Assembly (NCBI GenBank): GCA_951406725.2
Contig: OX597822.1
Span: 89,776,001 to 89,840,000 of the forward strand
Direction: 5' to 3'
Length of the DNA: 64,000 nt
Origin: Octopus vulgaris
Lineage: Eukaryota
Below are positions 28,447 to 41,300 of the stretch, piece by piece. The position numbers and the translations under genes are program-made. The notes beneath the pieces were generated by a model. The model was not told where the DNA came from. It saw only the letters and a program-made list of their open reading frames with translations, and did no database searches. How positions within the stretch are numbered: the stretch's first letter is position 1; each line of letters begins with the position of its first letter.

Positions 28447-31400
28447 TAGGTAAATAAATAAATAAATTGCTTCTTCAGTACTGCCTATGTGGATGTTCAC
28501 ATCTCAAAAATCAAATATTTCAAAAAATATATAATTTCATTGTACTGTTTTCAAAATAACCATGGAATTTCCATGGCTACTGCTAGGAGTTATTATTATT
28601 ATTATTATTATTATTAAGGTAGTGAGTTGGCTGAATTCTTAGTACACCAGGCAAAATGCTTAGCAGCATTTCCTCCATCTTTATATTCTGAGTTCAAATT
28701 CCACGAAGGTCAACTTTGCCTTTCATCCTTTTGGGGTCAATGAAATAAGTATCAGAATTTAATGCCAAAAGAAATGGCACCAAGTGCTATCATTTTAAAA
28801 ATGAAATATAGTTGATTGAATTAACAGAAAAATGGAAGACAAAGATAATTTCAGTTCAAAATAGTAAGACTGCATGCAACCATTTCATTTTACACACATT
28901 ATCCTTTGTCATTATATACCAGCACAATTATCAAATCACATACACTAATTAACGTCTCTAATCCATATTTGTTTTCTCAACTTATGAGCAGATTCTAAAT
29001 TCAGTACAGTAGATCAATCACAATGCAGTTTTCCTGACTGCAATTCATTTTCAATGCTATGCACAACATACTTCTCAGAAGATTTCGAAGGAACAACTTT
29101 GTGGTCATCCAACTTGTAAGAAATAGAAGACAAATCGCCTTCACCAACACCCAACTGTCTTAAAAGAGATATATTGAACAATATAATGATATAGTTAAGT
29201 GTACATAATACTTGAATAAAAGAGGGAAGGTTACAGCTGACAGTAAGATCAGGGCTGACTTGTGCCTAGAAGTTTTTATTTGTAACAAAGACCAGAATCT
29301 CTAAAGTTCACAAACATGCTTTGTAATGCAGATACAATGCTTTCATTCTGTTTCCCAATGCTAAAAAACAGTTACTTCAGAAAAGTGATTATCAATATGT
29401 ATTGCATATTATCATGTTTTCCTATCAACCTATCTGAAGTTCCTTTGAAAGAGATATACACATCAACTACATTGGTTTACATGTCAAGTTACTACATTCC
29501 TGATTCGCTTACTGAGCATGACATTTGAGTTTTGGATGTCTCTAAAATAAACTAATAATAAATTTTGACAATGTTCATCCCAATGTTCACATTTGCTTCA
29601 AAATTTCAGAGTACTTTCAATAATGTATTATGAGTACTAAATCTTGAATTAGCATTTCAGAACATCTAAAACAAGGAAATAGAAGGGAATAAGGATGAGG
29701 CTTAAAGATCATCAACCTGAATCTTAGTTTCTTCATTGACTGAACCTGTCACTATAATTACCTTTTTCTGTCGAACAGTGTATAAATACTTACTTATTCA
29801 TCATTCAAGAGATCTCACCTGAAAAACAGTAAAGATTATTTTTTCTACTTTAATTTGATCATCACAATAAAGTTTCAATATGTTCATGGCATCCATTCTG
29901 TCTGTGTAATACATTTCCTTAAAACGTTGCACAACTTGGTCCTGTTGAAGTTCTTGCACTGCACTCAAAGATGCTTGTGGCACAATCAGCTTAGCTCTAT
30001 CAAATACAGAATAGATAGAGAAATAAACTCTTTGAAAGTTACAAGCATTTAAACAGTTAAAAAATGTATTTGATCTTTAGCACCATGTTTTTGTTTATAT
30101 TTTCCCCATACTATAAAATCCTCTTAGCAACTGTTTTTTAAACAATTTAACTCTGTAAGTAGTACCCTGCTGATCAAGGTACCATATTTACTGCCAACTT
30201 TGATTTCAATTCCACTCTGCAAAACACCCCTCAAAATGATCCTTTCCAACCTACTTCATACATACAATTGCTAAATGAAAGAAAGAAAAAAAAACCTCTT
30301 GTCCTTTCAGAATGAATAAGTAACTAGTTACGAGAGAATTTATTAATCATCTTCAAACAACGGGCTTCTGAGCTGACCCTTTTCCTAAACTAACTCTTCA
30401 ACTTTTTGTCTGTCGTATTGATTCGGATAAATTTAGAATTTTTTATTGCTTTTTAGCATATTTTATTTACTCACTTGTCCTGAGAAGCAGCATTCTCTGC
30501 TTGAATAGTTCTTAATTCATCTTCTTTATCCTGATAAGTTAATTGATGGTCTTTCAGTTGCATTCCAAAGGAAGGAAGTAACATTCGATTACCAGAAATT
30601 AAATCATGGGACAACCAAGGAAGAAACTTTGTTTTTATAGCAGCTGCTCCACCATAAAGTCCACCTTAAAAAGAAAAAGAAGTAAAATAGTTACAGTATG
30701 ATTATCTACTTGTATGGCTTTTGCCATTTATCAATTTGATATAAAATTTTGTTTTCAGTCAATATTTCTTTCAGCTCTGTAGTTTTGGACAACCTTGTTC
30801 ATAACCTTCTATCAAGATGTTCCCATACTTGTTTTATTGGATTAATTTCAGTGCTTTTTATTCCCAAGTTTGTGAAACCTTGTTTGTATAGCATGGGAGT
30901 CATCTTCCGTGAAAAGTGTTCTTTTCATCAGTTCCTTCTAGTTATGTTGTAAATTTCCAACTGCATTAGATTCATAAAATAATCAATATCTGTCTTACAT
31001 GAAGGAACATCAATATTAACAGTCCTTAAGGTGAGGAGTCGACAGAATCATTGGCATGCAGGTAAAATGCTTAGTGGCATCCTGAAAAATTTGAACTCCA
31101 GCATCACCAGTAATACCAATCTTTAAATATACAGTAACCTGCAATAACTTTACAGTCAGGGTAATAAAATACAACATTAATTTTATTTGTAATAGCTTCA
31201 TGAAAAATTATCCAAAATCTTAGCTTGTTAAATTTAGTGGTTGAACATTTTGTCATACAATATCAACGGATTCCCTATAAATTCATGGCAGTTAGTTTCT
31301 CCAGCCCTTGGTTTACACATGTGAAATCTTGTCAACCCTTGTATGTTAATTCATGTGCACATTGTTTTCAGATGCTTGTTGTTGCTAGCCCAAACAAGAT

Positions 31401-34400
31401 GCACGATCAATAAATTAAGCAAACTGATTCATTTTCATTTTCTTCATTTATCTATCATATTTTCTCTTTCTATTTCTCCACTATTTTTATCTTCTGGCTT
31501 TGCAATCCCTAATTACATGATTGTTTAATTGCTAAAAACTTCCTTCAGTCCTCATTGCCAATGTGTATCTCTCTCTCTCTCTCTCAATTTGATAAATGTA
31601 TGTATGTATGTATGTATGTATGTATGTATGTATGTATATACAGGATGTGAAGGGGAAATTGTCACCATTTTATATTTTTAATTTTGTGCATGCGCATTGT
31701 TTGTTTTTGATTTTGTTGACTACACAGTGTAGTAGGGTTAGTTGGGCACCATCTGTGGGAAAAATGGCATCATGATGCAATTCATTCAGCCAAAAATTTG
31801 GAAATGACATTCTGTACTGCTTGGCATTCATGCCAGAAGCTCTGATATGGGTGTCAATCTTGGATAGTGTAATCTGAGTACATGTACCGAGAGTGATAAA
31901 AATCAAACATCCAGTCAACATCATAGTGTTTGGAGTGATCACTAGTGATGGGGACGTTATGCCTCCACTCATCTTCTCACATGATCTCAGAAGTTGACAC
32001 AGAGGCCTGCAGGAGGTAGTACTGCCCTGGGTCACAAGGATGGCTGCTGGAAAATCCTATGTCTAACAACAGGACTTTGCATCATGCCACACAAGCAGGA
32101 GAACCCGGTCATGGCTGTCAGACAATTTCTGTGACCACATCACCCCTAACATCTGGCCACCTAATTCCCCACACTGCAACCCCCTTGATCATTATGTGTG
32201 TGGCACAGTTGAGCGAGAGCCCAACAAAACCCCTTGTAACACCAAAGATAAACTGAAGACAAGGATTATAGCAGCATTATCCAACTTAAACAAGGAGACT
32301 GTCCAGGACTTCTTTCAGTTTCCATCTACCAAATTCACTCACAAGGTGCCATGCAATGGGACTGAACCTAAAACTATGTGGCTGGGATACAACCTTCTTA
32401 CCAAACTGCCATGCCTGAAAAAATTTCTTCTGACCAATTACCAATTTGTGTAATACACTACACTAAATAAAGAGTTAAATAGTGTGTTGTTAGAAAAAGA
32501 TTCTGACATTTTAAGCAGAGCCCATTTTGGGGAGTGAGAAAAACAAAAAGTGGAATAGAAAAAAAACAAAGAAAAAAAAAAGGGAAAATGTAGAAGACAA
32601 AGTAAGAAGAAAAGAATAAAGTGAGAGCAAATGGAAGTAAAAGGTCAACAAATTATCTGAATTGTATGTGTAATAAACAACACTCCACTATTGCTTAAAT
32701 GTTTCGTATCCTATACAATGTTAAGCTTTGAAACTATTTATGTCCAATCAGGGACTGTCAGGCAAATATCTATGCTTGTCAAAAAGTGTCTAATGTAATA
32801 CATTAATTTTCCACCAATCCGAGAATCTAGGCCACACCAATAAAATGACACAGGCTTAAGACAAATGAACACAGCTTAAACCTGTTTAAATTATACAAAT
32901 ACTGAATTGAAACAACAATGGTAGCAGCTGAGAGCAATAATAATAATGATAAATCTAAGATAATCAATTCTGCTGCATTAATTCCACTTTGCTCCATTCG
33001 TTTTAAATTTCAGATAAATCTTCAAACAAATAAGGCTGATTTGATAGAAAACTGGATGGACAATGATTTGGCAGACAGTAAATTAATTATACTTTTGTAC
33101 CAGAGAGAAAGTGCCAAATGGTTTTAAAAGCTGAAGCATGGATTTTTATCTCAGGACTTGAAAATGTATCCAAGAAATTAAATGGGAATTTTTATATAAT
33201 AATCCCCTTTAAGACAAAATACACTAATCTCATTTAAAACCAGTTCACAAAATCAAAGAATATTTACTATTTCAAATTTCCTGCACTTGGAAAAGTTAAC
33301 TTAGTTTAATATCCATTTCTAAACAGGATCAAAATCAAACAGCTTTGAATCACAAAACTTACCTTCGGCAGCAGATTGATTCAGCAACTTGAAGAGTTCC
33401 TGTTGAATGAGGGCATTTAACTCAAGGATATCACAACAACGCATCACATTCTGATCACAGGAATTAATCTATAAATAATGGTTGAATGAAAGATTAGTTC
33501 GTTCCTTACCGAAATCAATTATAGCTACTAAAAGAAGTAAAATTCAAAAATGAAGTCAATATTTTGAAAATTTCAAATATTTGTTCTTTTATTTGATTAA
33601 TAAAAAATTCCTTTCCTAGGACAGGCCAAACTCTTTGCTCCCACCATTTCTTTTATCAACATAGGTTAATTTTGAAAGCAGCACTATTTGTTGCACTGTC
33701 AGAGAGAAATGTATCTGAAACACCACTGTGCCTTTTCCTTCAGTTCAATAAAGATAAGAAGACATATAAATATTCTTCTCATTAATCAACAAATAGAGTG
33801 GAATATAAATACCACTCTATATGTTGATTAATGAGAAGTATAGGTATGACAGACAGCATGTTTAGTTTTACTGTGATTGATTAAGGTAATTAAGGTGATG
33901 AAAGCATAGAAAGAATGACGACATACAGGTACTATGCTAATTACTGACCTAGTTAATTAGGTAGCACAGGAAGATGTTGTTCTCAGTGATGGTAAAACAT
34001 CATCTTAGAGAGATCTCAAACTGATACACCTTGTTTTGAAAGTAATCATTAAACTAATACTGAACAGAATCAGCTTGGATTTAAAGCAGGATGTAGAAAA
34101 AGTGATATTAGTCTTCTGGTTTGACAAATGTTCTTAGTTAAGAACTGTACTTCTTATTGTTAAAATTCAAGAAAAACCCTTTGACATAATCTTACATTCT
34201 GTAGTATAATAAACACTAGAGTTCTAATCTAATCATCTTTCAATTACTTGTAGATCTTGAGAAAAAGTGCAGGAGTTTAGGAAAGGAGACCCCCTGGATC
34301 TTATACACACATATGACTTGGTTCCCATTACGAAATTGGTCAATATCCTCCTCTTTATCATCTTCATTGGCAGCAGCAGTGTTGTCATCATTATCATTAT

Positions 34401-35022
34401 CATCAATGTTGTTTTAACATCCACCTTTTCATGCTTGCATGGATCAGATGAAATTTTTTGAATTGGATTTTCTATGGCTGGACGTTCTTCCTGTTATCAA
34501 CTCTTGCCTATTTCCAAGCAAAATATTATTTCCTTAGACCTTCAAACACAAACAGCACAATGGTTGAACACATTGTCATGACAGACTGCAAATGAACAAT
34601 ACTGCTTCTTGTATGACAGTGGCAATTATTTAAGGAGATGCTAATACATTCACATATTTACTCATATGCACACATATATACATACATTCATATATATATA
34701 CATATATATACATACATACATATATATATATATATCACCAGGCTATCAGATGTTGCTACACATCGCTGGTCCCAATGCGCTTTGCATTGTTTTAGCCTTC
34801 AAATGACGCCACCCCGCTGGCTAAGCGAGCAGGCCAACAGAAGAAAGAGTGAGAGAAAGTTGCGGCGAAAGAGTACAGCAGGGATCGCCCCACACCCTGC
34901 CGGAGCCTCGTGGTGCTTTAGGTGTTTTCACTCAATAAACACTCACAACGCCCAGTCTGGGAATCGAAACCGCGATCCTACAACTGCAAGTCTGCTACCC
35001 TAACCACTGGGCCATTGCACCT

Positions 35023-35094
<72 letters not shown>

Positions 35095-35300
35095 ATTAAA
35101 ACAGTTTGATTCAATTTCGTTGGTACTCTTGGTGCTAGTCATCAGCCATTTTGAATTTGGAATGGCTGATGACTAGCATCATGCTTGAAACTCAAGAGTA
35201 CCAACAAATTTGAATCAAACTGTTTTGATCTATACGTATAGCTCCCAATAAATTGGTGTTCTTCTTTTGTTTGTCTACTCATTCATACATATATTTTAAA

Positions 35301-35361
<61 letters not shown>

Positions 35362-38189
35362 CACACACAGTATTTAATCATATCAAAGGGAAATGGAAAT
35401 TAATTGAACTTTACATTTCCAGTGGTCTAACGTGTAAAAAAATTAGTCAAAAAGACTATATATTAGTCATACGATATAGTGTATATTTAATCACATAAGG
35501 AATCCACTTATAAGGATTCTACATGCTAGGAAGAACAGCTAGGTTCTATAACCACAAAAATTAGGGATAAAATTTGAATCCCTAACTTTTGTGGTTATAG
35601 AACCTAGCTGTTCTTTCTAGCATGTAGAATCCCTATAAGTGGATTCCTTATGTGTTTAAATATACACTATATCGTATATACACACACATATTTATACATA
35701 TACACTGACCTGCAAAAGAAACGCATGAAGAATGTGACTGTGAAATATGTTTTAATTTCATTATGACAGAGATAAATTTTGATAAATCTGATAAAATCAA
35801 TTTCTTGGATGCACTTTGACCACAGTCTATGGACCGTTGTCATGTGTTTTGGTAGTGGGCATATCCAGCACAGTGAGATTGTAGGGCATGACATGTTCAA
35901 TACCGTGTATGTCCTCCCTGGGTGTTCAAAACGGCCATACACCGTCAGTACATGGAGTGCATGAGGCAGTTCACAAAAGCCATTGGCACTTGTGCCCACA
36001 CCCTGAAGAAAGCTGCCTACAATTCCACACAAGTTGTCAGCCTTGAGGCTACGTGGTTCAGCCATCTCTAGACTTCATTCAACAGGTGTTCAATTGGGTT
36101 CAAATTTGGGGCTTTAGTAGAGGATACTTGCTTGTGGTATTGCATGGTGTGACTAAACTGAAAACCACATGGTTGCAAAGGGAACTTCTTAACCACATAG
36201 AAATGCCTGCAAAGCATTGCAGAGAAATTCCAAACTTCAAAATCTAAAGGCCAAATTATAGAGAACACATGACACTGAGGGAGTGATTTTGCTTAGCATG
36301 GAGAAAGTCAAGACTAGATACTTTTACTCACTGCAGGCAATAAGATACACGAAAAAATACCATGGAATTTTGAAGTGGAAGTCCATGATAGCTCACTAGA
36401 CATAATTGATCATTACTTTCTTAGTAAAAAGTAGGCAGTATGAAGTCCATATGAGGAGTGTAACAGATCATAGAAGTGAAATATAAACAATATCTGTGGA
36501 AAATGTGTAGAAACTGAATAAAAATAAGTCAGATGTGATTCATTGGATGTATAATGTTCACTTGTATGAAAGACATGTTGGTAACTGAGAAAACAACTGG
36601 CAATAAAGTCCTCAGTTTCTGTATGCAAGAGAAATGATAACATAGGTATGGACATATAATGAAAATGGTTGATAAGTGCCGAAAAAAAAAATTGTGTAGC
36701 AATGATTTCAACTGCTGACATTTAGTTCATCTTTGTCACAAGTGTTGTTTGATCAAGAGGGAATTTGGCCAAGTTAAAGATTTAACCCTTTCGTTACCAA
36801 CCTGGCTGAAACCGGCTCTGGCTCTGAGTACAAATATCTTGTTTTCATAAGCTTTGAATTAAAATCTTCCACCAAACCTTAGTCACAATTTATGTTCCTA
36901 AAATTAGCTGAATGATAACTAAGTTATTTTACTAAATTCTTTGTTATATTTAAAGTAATTGAAAGAAACACAGAGCATCTCAAAATAAATACAGTAACAA
37001 AAGGGTTAAACCAATTAGAAACTGTCAGTAAAACTTAGTTTCAATTATAAAAGCAAGTAAAAATCTATATTTCACACATGTTACTCAAATAAGAGTCCAA
37101 ATGGTAGCATTGTATTTTCTGTTACTGTACAAGCACAAATATCAACAACTCTAATTTGCATCATGCTATCATAAATCACAGTAAACATTAACATTCATTA
37201 CACTTTGAGCATACCCTGTAGTTATTCAATATTGTAAACCAAATACTGTTGCTTTTAGCTGTGTATTATAACATTGGGTCTATGCACTAGCGTAGCTGGC
37301 GGAGGAGGAAGTAGAGGCAGTCCACCCCAGATGGCACTTTTGGGTCTGCTGTAGGCAGTATGTGTTTTTTTTAGAGGCAATATGCGATTTTTGCAAACAG
37401 AAGGGCCACCCTGGACAGCACACACTCTAGCTATGCTAGTAAGTCTTTGTACTGCTTCCATTGGAGGTGATCAACATTATTAGTGGGAAGTAGAAAACTG
37501 TTGAGCATAGATATTTGATATATTCTTCATTTAAACTTTGTCTTTAGTTTTGTCTTTATTTATAAATGTTATGCTGAGAGTGAAAGGCTCTTGCAGCACA
37601 AGATGTGGAAGGAAAGATAGATCTTAAGATGTTGAGCCTCACATACAACAAAACTGGAAATCATGACACATTAGGAATAGCCCATACTGCAAACCAGTCC
37701 ATCACATGTCAAACACAATAATTATGAAATGTATGTAAAAATACTGATCTCTAATGAAATGCGACACACTCACACACACACATGTGAACACAATGAGAGA
37801 GAGAGAATCAGAGAGACAGAGGAGGAAATGACAGAGTAGTTGGCTGTAGCTGTAAAAGGTTCAGCAACAGTTAATATTTATTGTAATGGATATATGTTTT
37901 CTAAGATGCTTTTCAAGTAAGCTGTTCATCAGCAGGATAAGCATTTCTTGCATTAATCAGTGTGGTATTCATTAACTTAACAATTTCTAGCAAATTGTTC
38001 CAAATGAATATGACTACAATTGGTAAAATAGTATTCATGCACTTTTGCCACCATGAGTGGTATCAGGAAATACGACATACGAAAATATTTATAACTGTTA
38101 TCAAATTACCCACAGTAGCAAAAGTATACTTCCAAAGCCACCCATCAGTCTAGTTACAACAACAACAACAGAATAATAATAATAATAAC

Positions 38190-38264
<75 letters not shown>

Positions 38265-38326
38265 AAGAAGAAGAAGAAGAAGAAGAAGAAGAAGAAGAAG
38301 ACGAAGAAGATGAAGAAGAAGAAGAA

Positions 38327-38357
<31 letters not shown>

Positions 38358-41300
38358 AAGAAGAAGGAAAGAAGAAGAAGAGGAGGAAGAAGAAGAGGGG
38401 GAAGAAGAGGAGAAGAGGAGGAGGAGAAGAAGAAGAAGAGGAGAAGAAGAAGAGGAGGAGAAGAGGAGGAGGAGAAGAAGAGGAGGAGGAGAGGAGGAGG
38501 AGGAGAAGAAGAGGAGGAGGAGAAGAGGAGGAGGAGAAGAGGAGAAGAGGAGGAGGAGAAGAAGAGGAGGAGGAGAAGAGGAGGAGGAGAAGAGGAGAAG
38601 GAGAAGAAGAGGAGAAGAAGAGGGGAAGCAGAAGAGGAGGAGGAGAAAGAGAAGGAGAAGAAGAAGAAGAGGGGAAGCAGAAGAGGAGGAGAAAGAGAAG
38701 GAGAAGAAGAAGAAGAGGGGAAGCAGAAGAGGAGGAGAAAGAGAAGGAGAAGAAGAAGAAGAGGGGAAGCAGAAGAGGAGGAGGAGAAAGAGAAGAAGAA
38801 GAAGAAGAAGAAGAAGAAGAAGAAGAAGAAGAAGAAGAAGAAGAAGAAGAAGAAGAAGAAGAAGAAGAAGAGGAGGAGGAGGAGAAGAAGTTGATGATGA
38901 TGACAATGAAGCCACAGTAGTAAAGGAAAAAATTATATATATTCCAGTTTGTCAAAAGTGATGTGTTATATTAGAGAAAGACAGGTAAAAAATGGAAGCT
39001 TACACATAAAAGTAGTGAATTGCTACACATGACTTATTTGGGTCTTCCCAGATTAGTGAGATTGATGTATAGTTTGAATGTCTGTAGATCAACATTTATT
39101 TGCCCAGTCATTCTTGATATCTACAGCCCTCTTTAGGATTTTTCCAGTCTACATTACTATAATATTTGATGGATGAAAAGCAGTGGAGATTATGAAAGGC
39201 AATGAATGCACTGCTTGAAGGTGGTATGTAGCTCCCTAGTTCAGAAAAAGTAGAAGCCATTTTAGTATTGGAAGAATAGGCAGAGAGAAGAAAAAACAGG
39301 TTTGTTAACTAACTAATGGATTTAATATGTTCCTGAGTAAATAATCTTTGTTAAATTAGCTGAATGGCTACTTTTTTATGTTTATAGATCAGTGATTAGT
39401 ACTCCAATATGGGTTGTATTAAACCATCAGTAACTGACTAACATCAGCTAACTTCCAAGCCCTTGAAAGCAGCCTTATCTTTAAGATGCAAATTTGGCAA
39501 TGTCATGAGAAATTAACACTAAGTCTTTATGCATCAGTCATGCCTGAGTATTATTCCTAATCATTCTGTTATATACATAAAGTTACCAGGAGAAATCATT
39601 TACATAAATCTTCTACAAATCTATATAGATATCTATTAATAAAATAGTGTAATAATAAATTATTATTACCAGTGGCCTAGCACAAAAAATGAATTAGTCA
39701 TTAGACTATATATTATTCATATAGAAATACAATAAGAGGCTTCCAAATAGGAAAGCATTGTGCTAGAAAGAGCAGTAGAAATCTCAAGACCACAAAAAGG
39801 ATAAATTCACGAAAGGAATGAAAATTAAAGATTTCTACTGCTCTTTCTAGCACAACGCTTTTCCTATTTGGAAGCCTCTTATTGTATTTCTATATGAATA
39901 GATATCTATTAGTGTAGATATGTCAGCATTTTCTGTTTACTCATTTTAAGCATGATATTTCATTAATTATTCTTTTATTTTATGCAGGCATAATGAGTTA
40001 CTAAATGATTTACTTAAGATTAAAGTAGAAATTATAATATTTAAGCTTTATTTCAAAACATTGGTGAACTAAGTAATTCAAAATCAAGGTAACAAATTTA
40101 ATTTGTTAAGAAAATGTCATTGCAAATATTGTGGTGCATTCCACAATAATAGAAATAGCAGTGACTGTGGGGATGAGTGGAGCCAGAAGGAAAGGGTTGT
40201 GACGTCAATGGTCAAGGGGCCTGACTGGAACAGGAAGGGTGAGAGAGGAAGTGAGGGAAGGAAAACCAGGGTTATCCTCTTTTGCATTGGTGCATTTGCC
40301 ACAAACAGACATGAGGAGAGCAAGCCAGAGGGATTGGCATTAGCAGCTACTTTCATTAGGTGCGATGGGCAGGGCACGAGTTTTGGACTTAGTACAGCTG
40401 GGCGGTAGGCAAACCATTTCTTATTTCCCTGCATTACAGTTCCCCCACACAGCAAACAATTTCAGCACTTGTGTATAAGTATATTTTTCTGTTGTTGTTA
40501 TCCCCTTCCATGTGATGGTAGTGAAGATGAGGATTGGTAATGATGCTGTTAGACCTTTCTCTGGCAAAGGCAATGTAAGATCAAAATAGTGGCCAGGCTA
40601 CAAGACATCGATACTGTAGCAGGTCTCATGGCCCTGTACCTAGGAGGGAAGCACACTGGTGCTGTACCTTGGGATTGACAAGGAAGACCGACTGAGCACA
40701 GCAAAGTTCGAGCAGGGCTTGAGGGAAGCCTATATGGAGGGAATGTATACTGCGCTTGCTAAGCTGGGAATGGCCAGGTGGACAGGGAAACAGGTTGTTG
40801 AGTATGCTGCAGAGGCTTGGAGACTGGCCATGCTGTCTGGTTTTACCAAAGATGGTCAAGAGAAGGTGGCATGACTGACCTTCGTAAATGGCTTTCCTGA
40901 CAATAAATCAGTGACACTGCAACAACTGCCAGGCAGTGAGAAAATGGCAGTAAGCAAGCTCATCACTCAAGCCTGCATATCAACACAAAACACTTGTTGG
41001 AAGGCAGTCACCATGATAGCTGTGGGTGCCTGCCATGTAGTGCAACGACTGGTAAAGAACAGGGTGAAGAAAACTGTCATGGAGTGACAGCAACCATTCA
41101 TAGGCCAGTGCTTCAAATGTCAGGGACCGTACATGGTGAGGGACTGTGTGAAGATGAAGCCTGGACCTGTTTACTACCGGTGCAGGCAAACTGGGCATAT
41201 TGCTCAAAACTACAGTTAAGGAAAAGGCCATAGGGAAGTTGATGCCTCTCAAACTTCCCTTGCGAGCAAGTAGAGGTGCTCATGCAATCACTGCCCATAG

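Noticed and set aside
34233-34424. Minus-strand ORF near exon 2 as a candidate Mieap exon 1
   Set aside because: It has no Mieap similarity and runs into a repeat; 50145-50234 fits homology and phase.
38101-38955. Long ORFs of 194-284 aa (poly-S, poly-L, poly-K/E/R)
   Set aside because: They are translations of a trinucleotide/polypurine microsatellite and have no splice or homology support.
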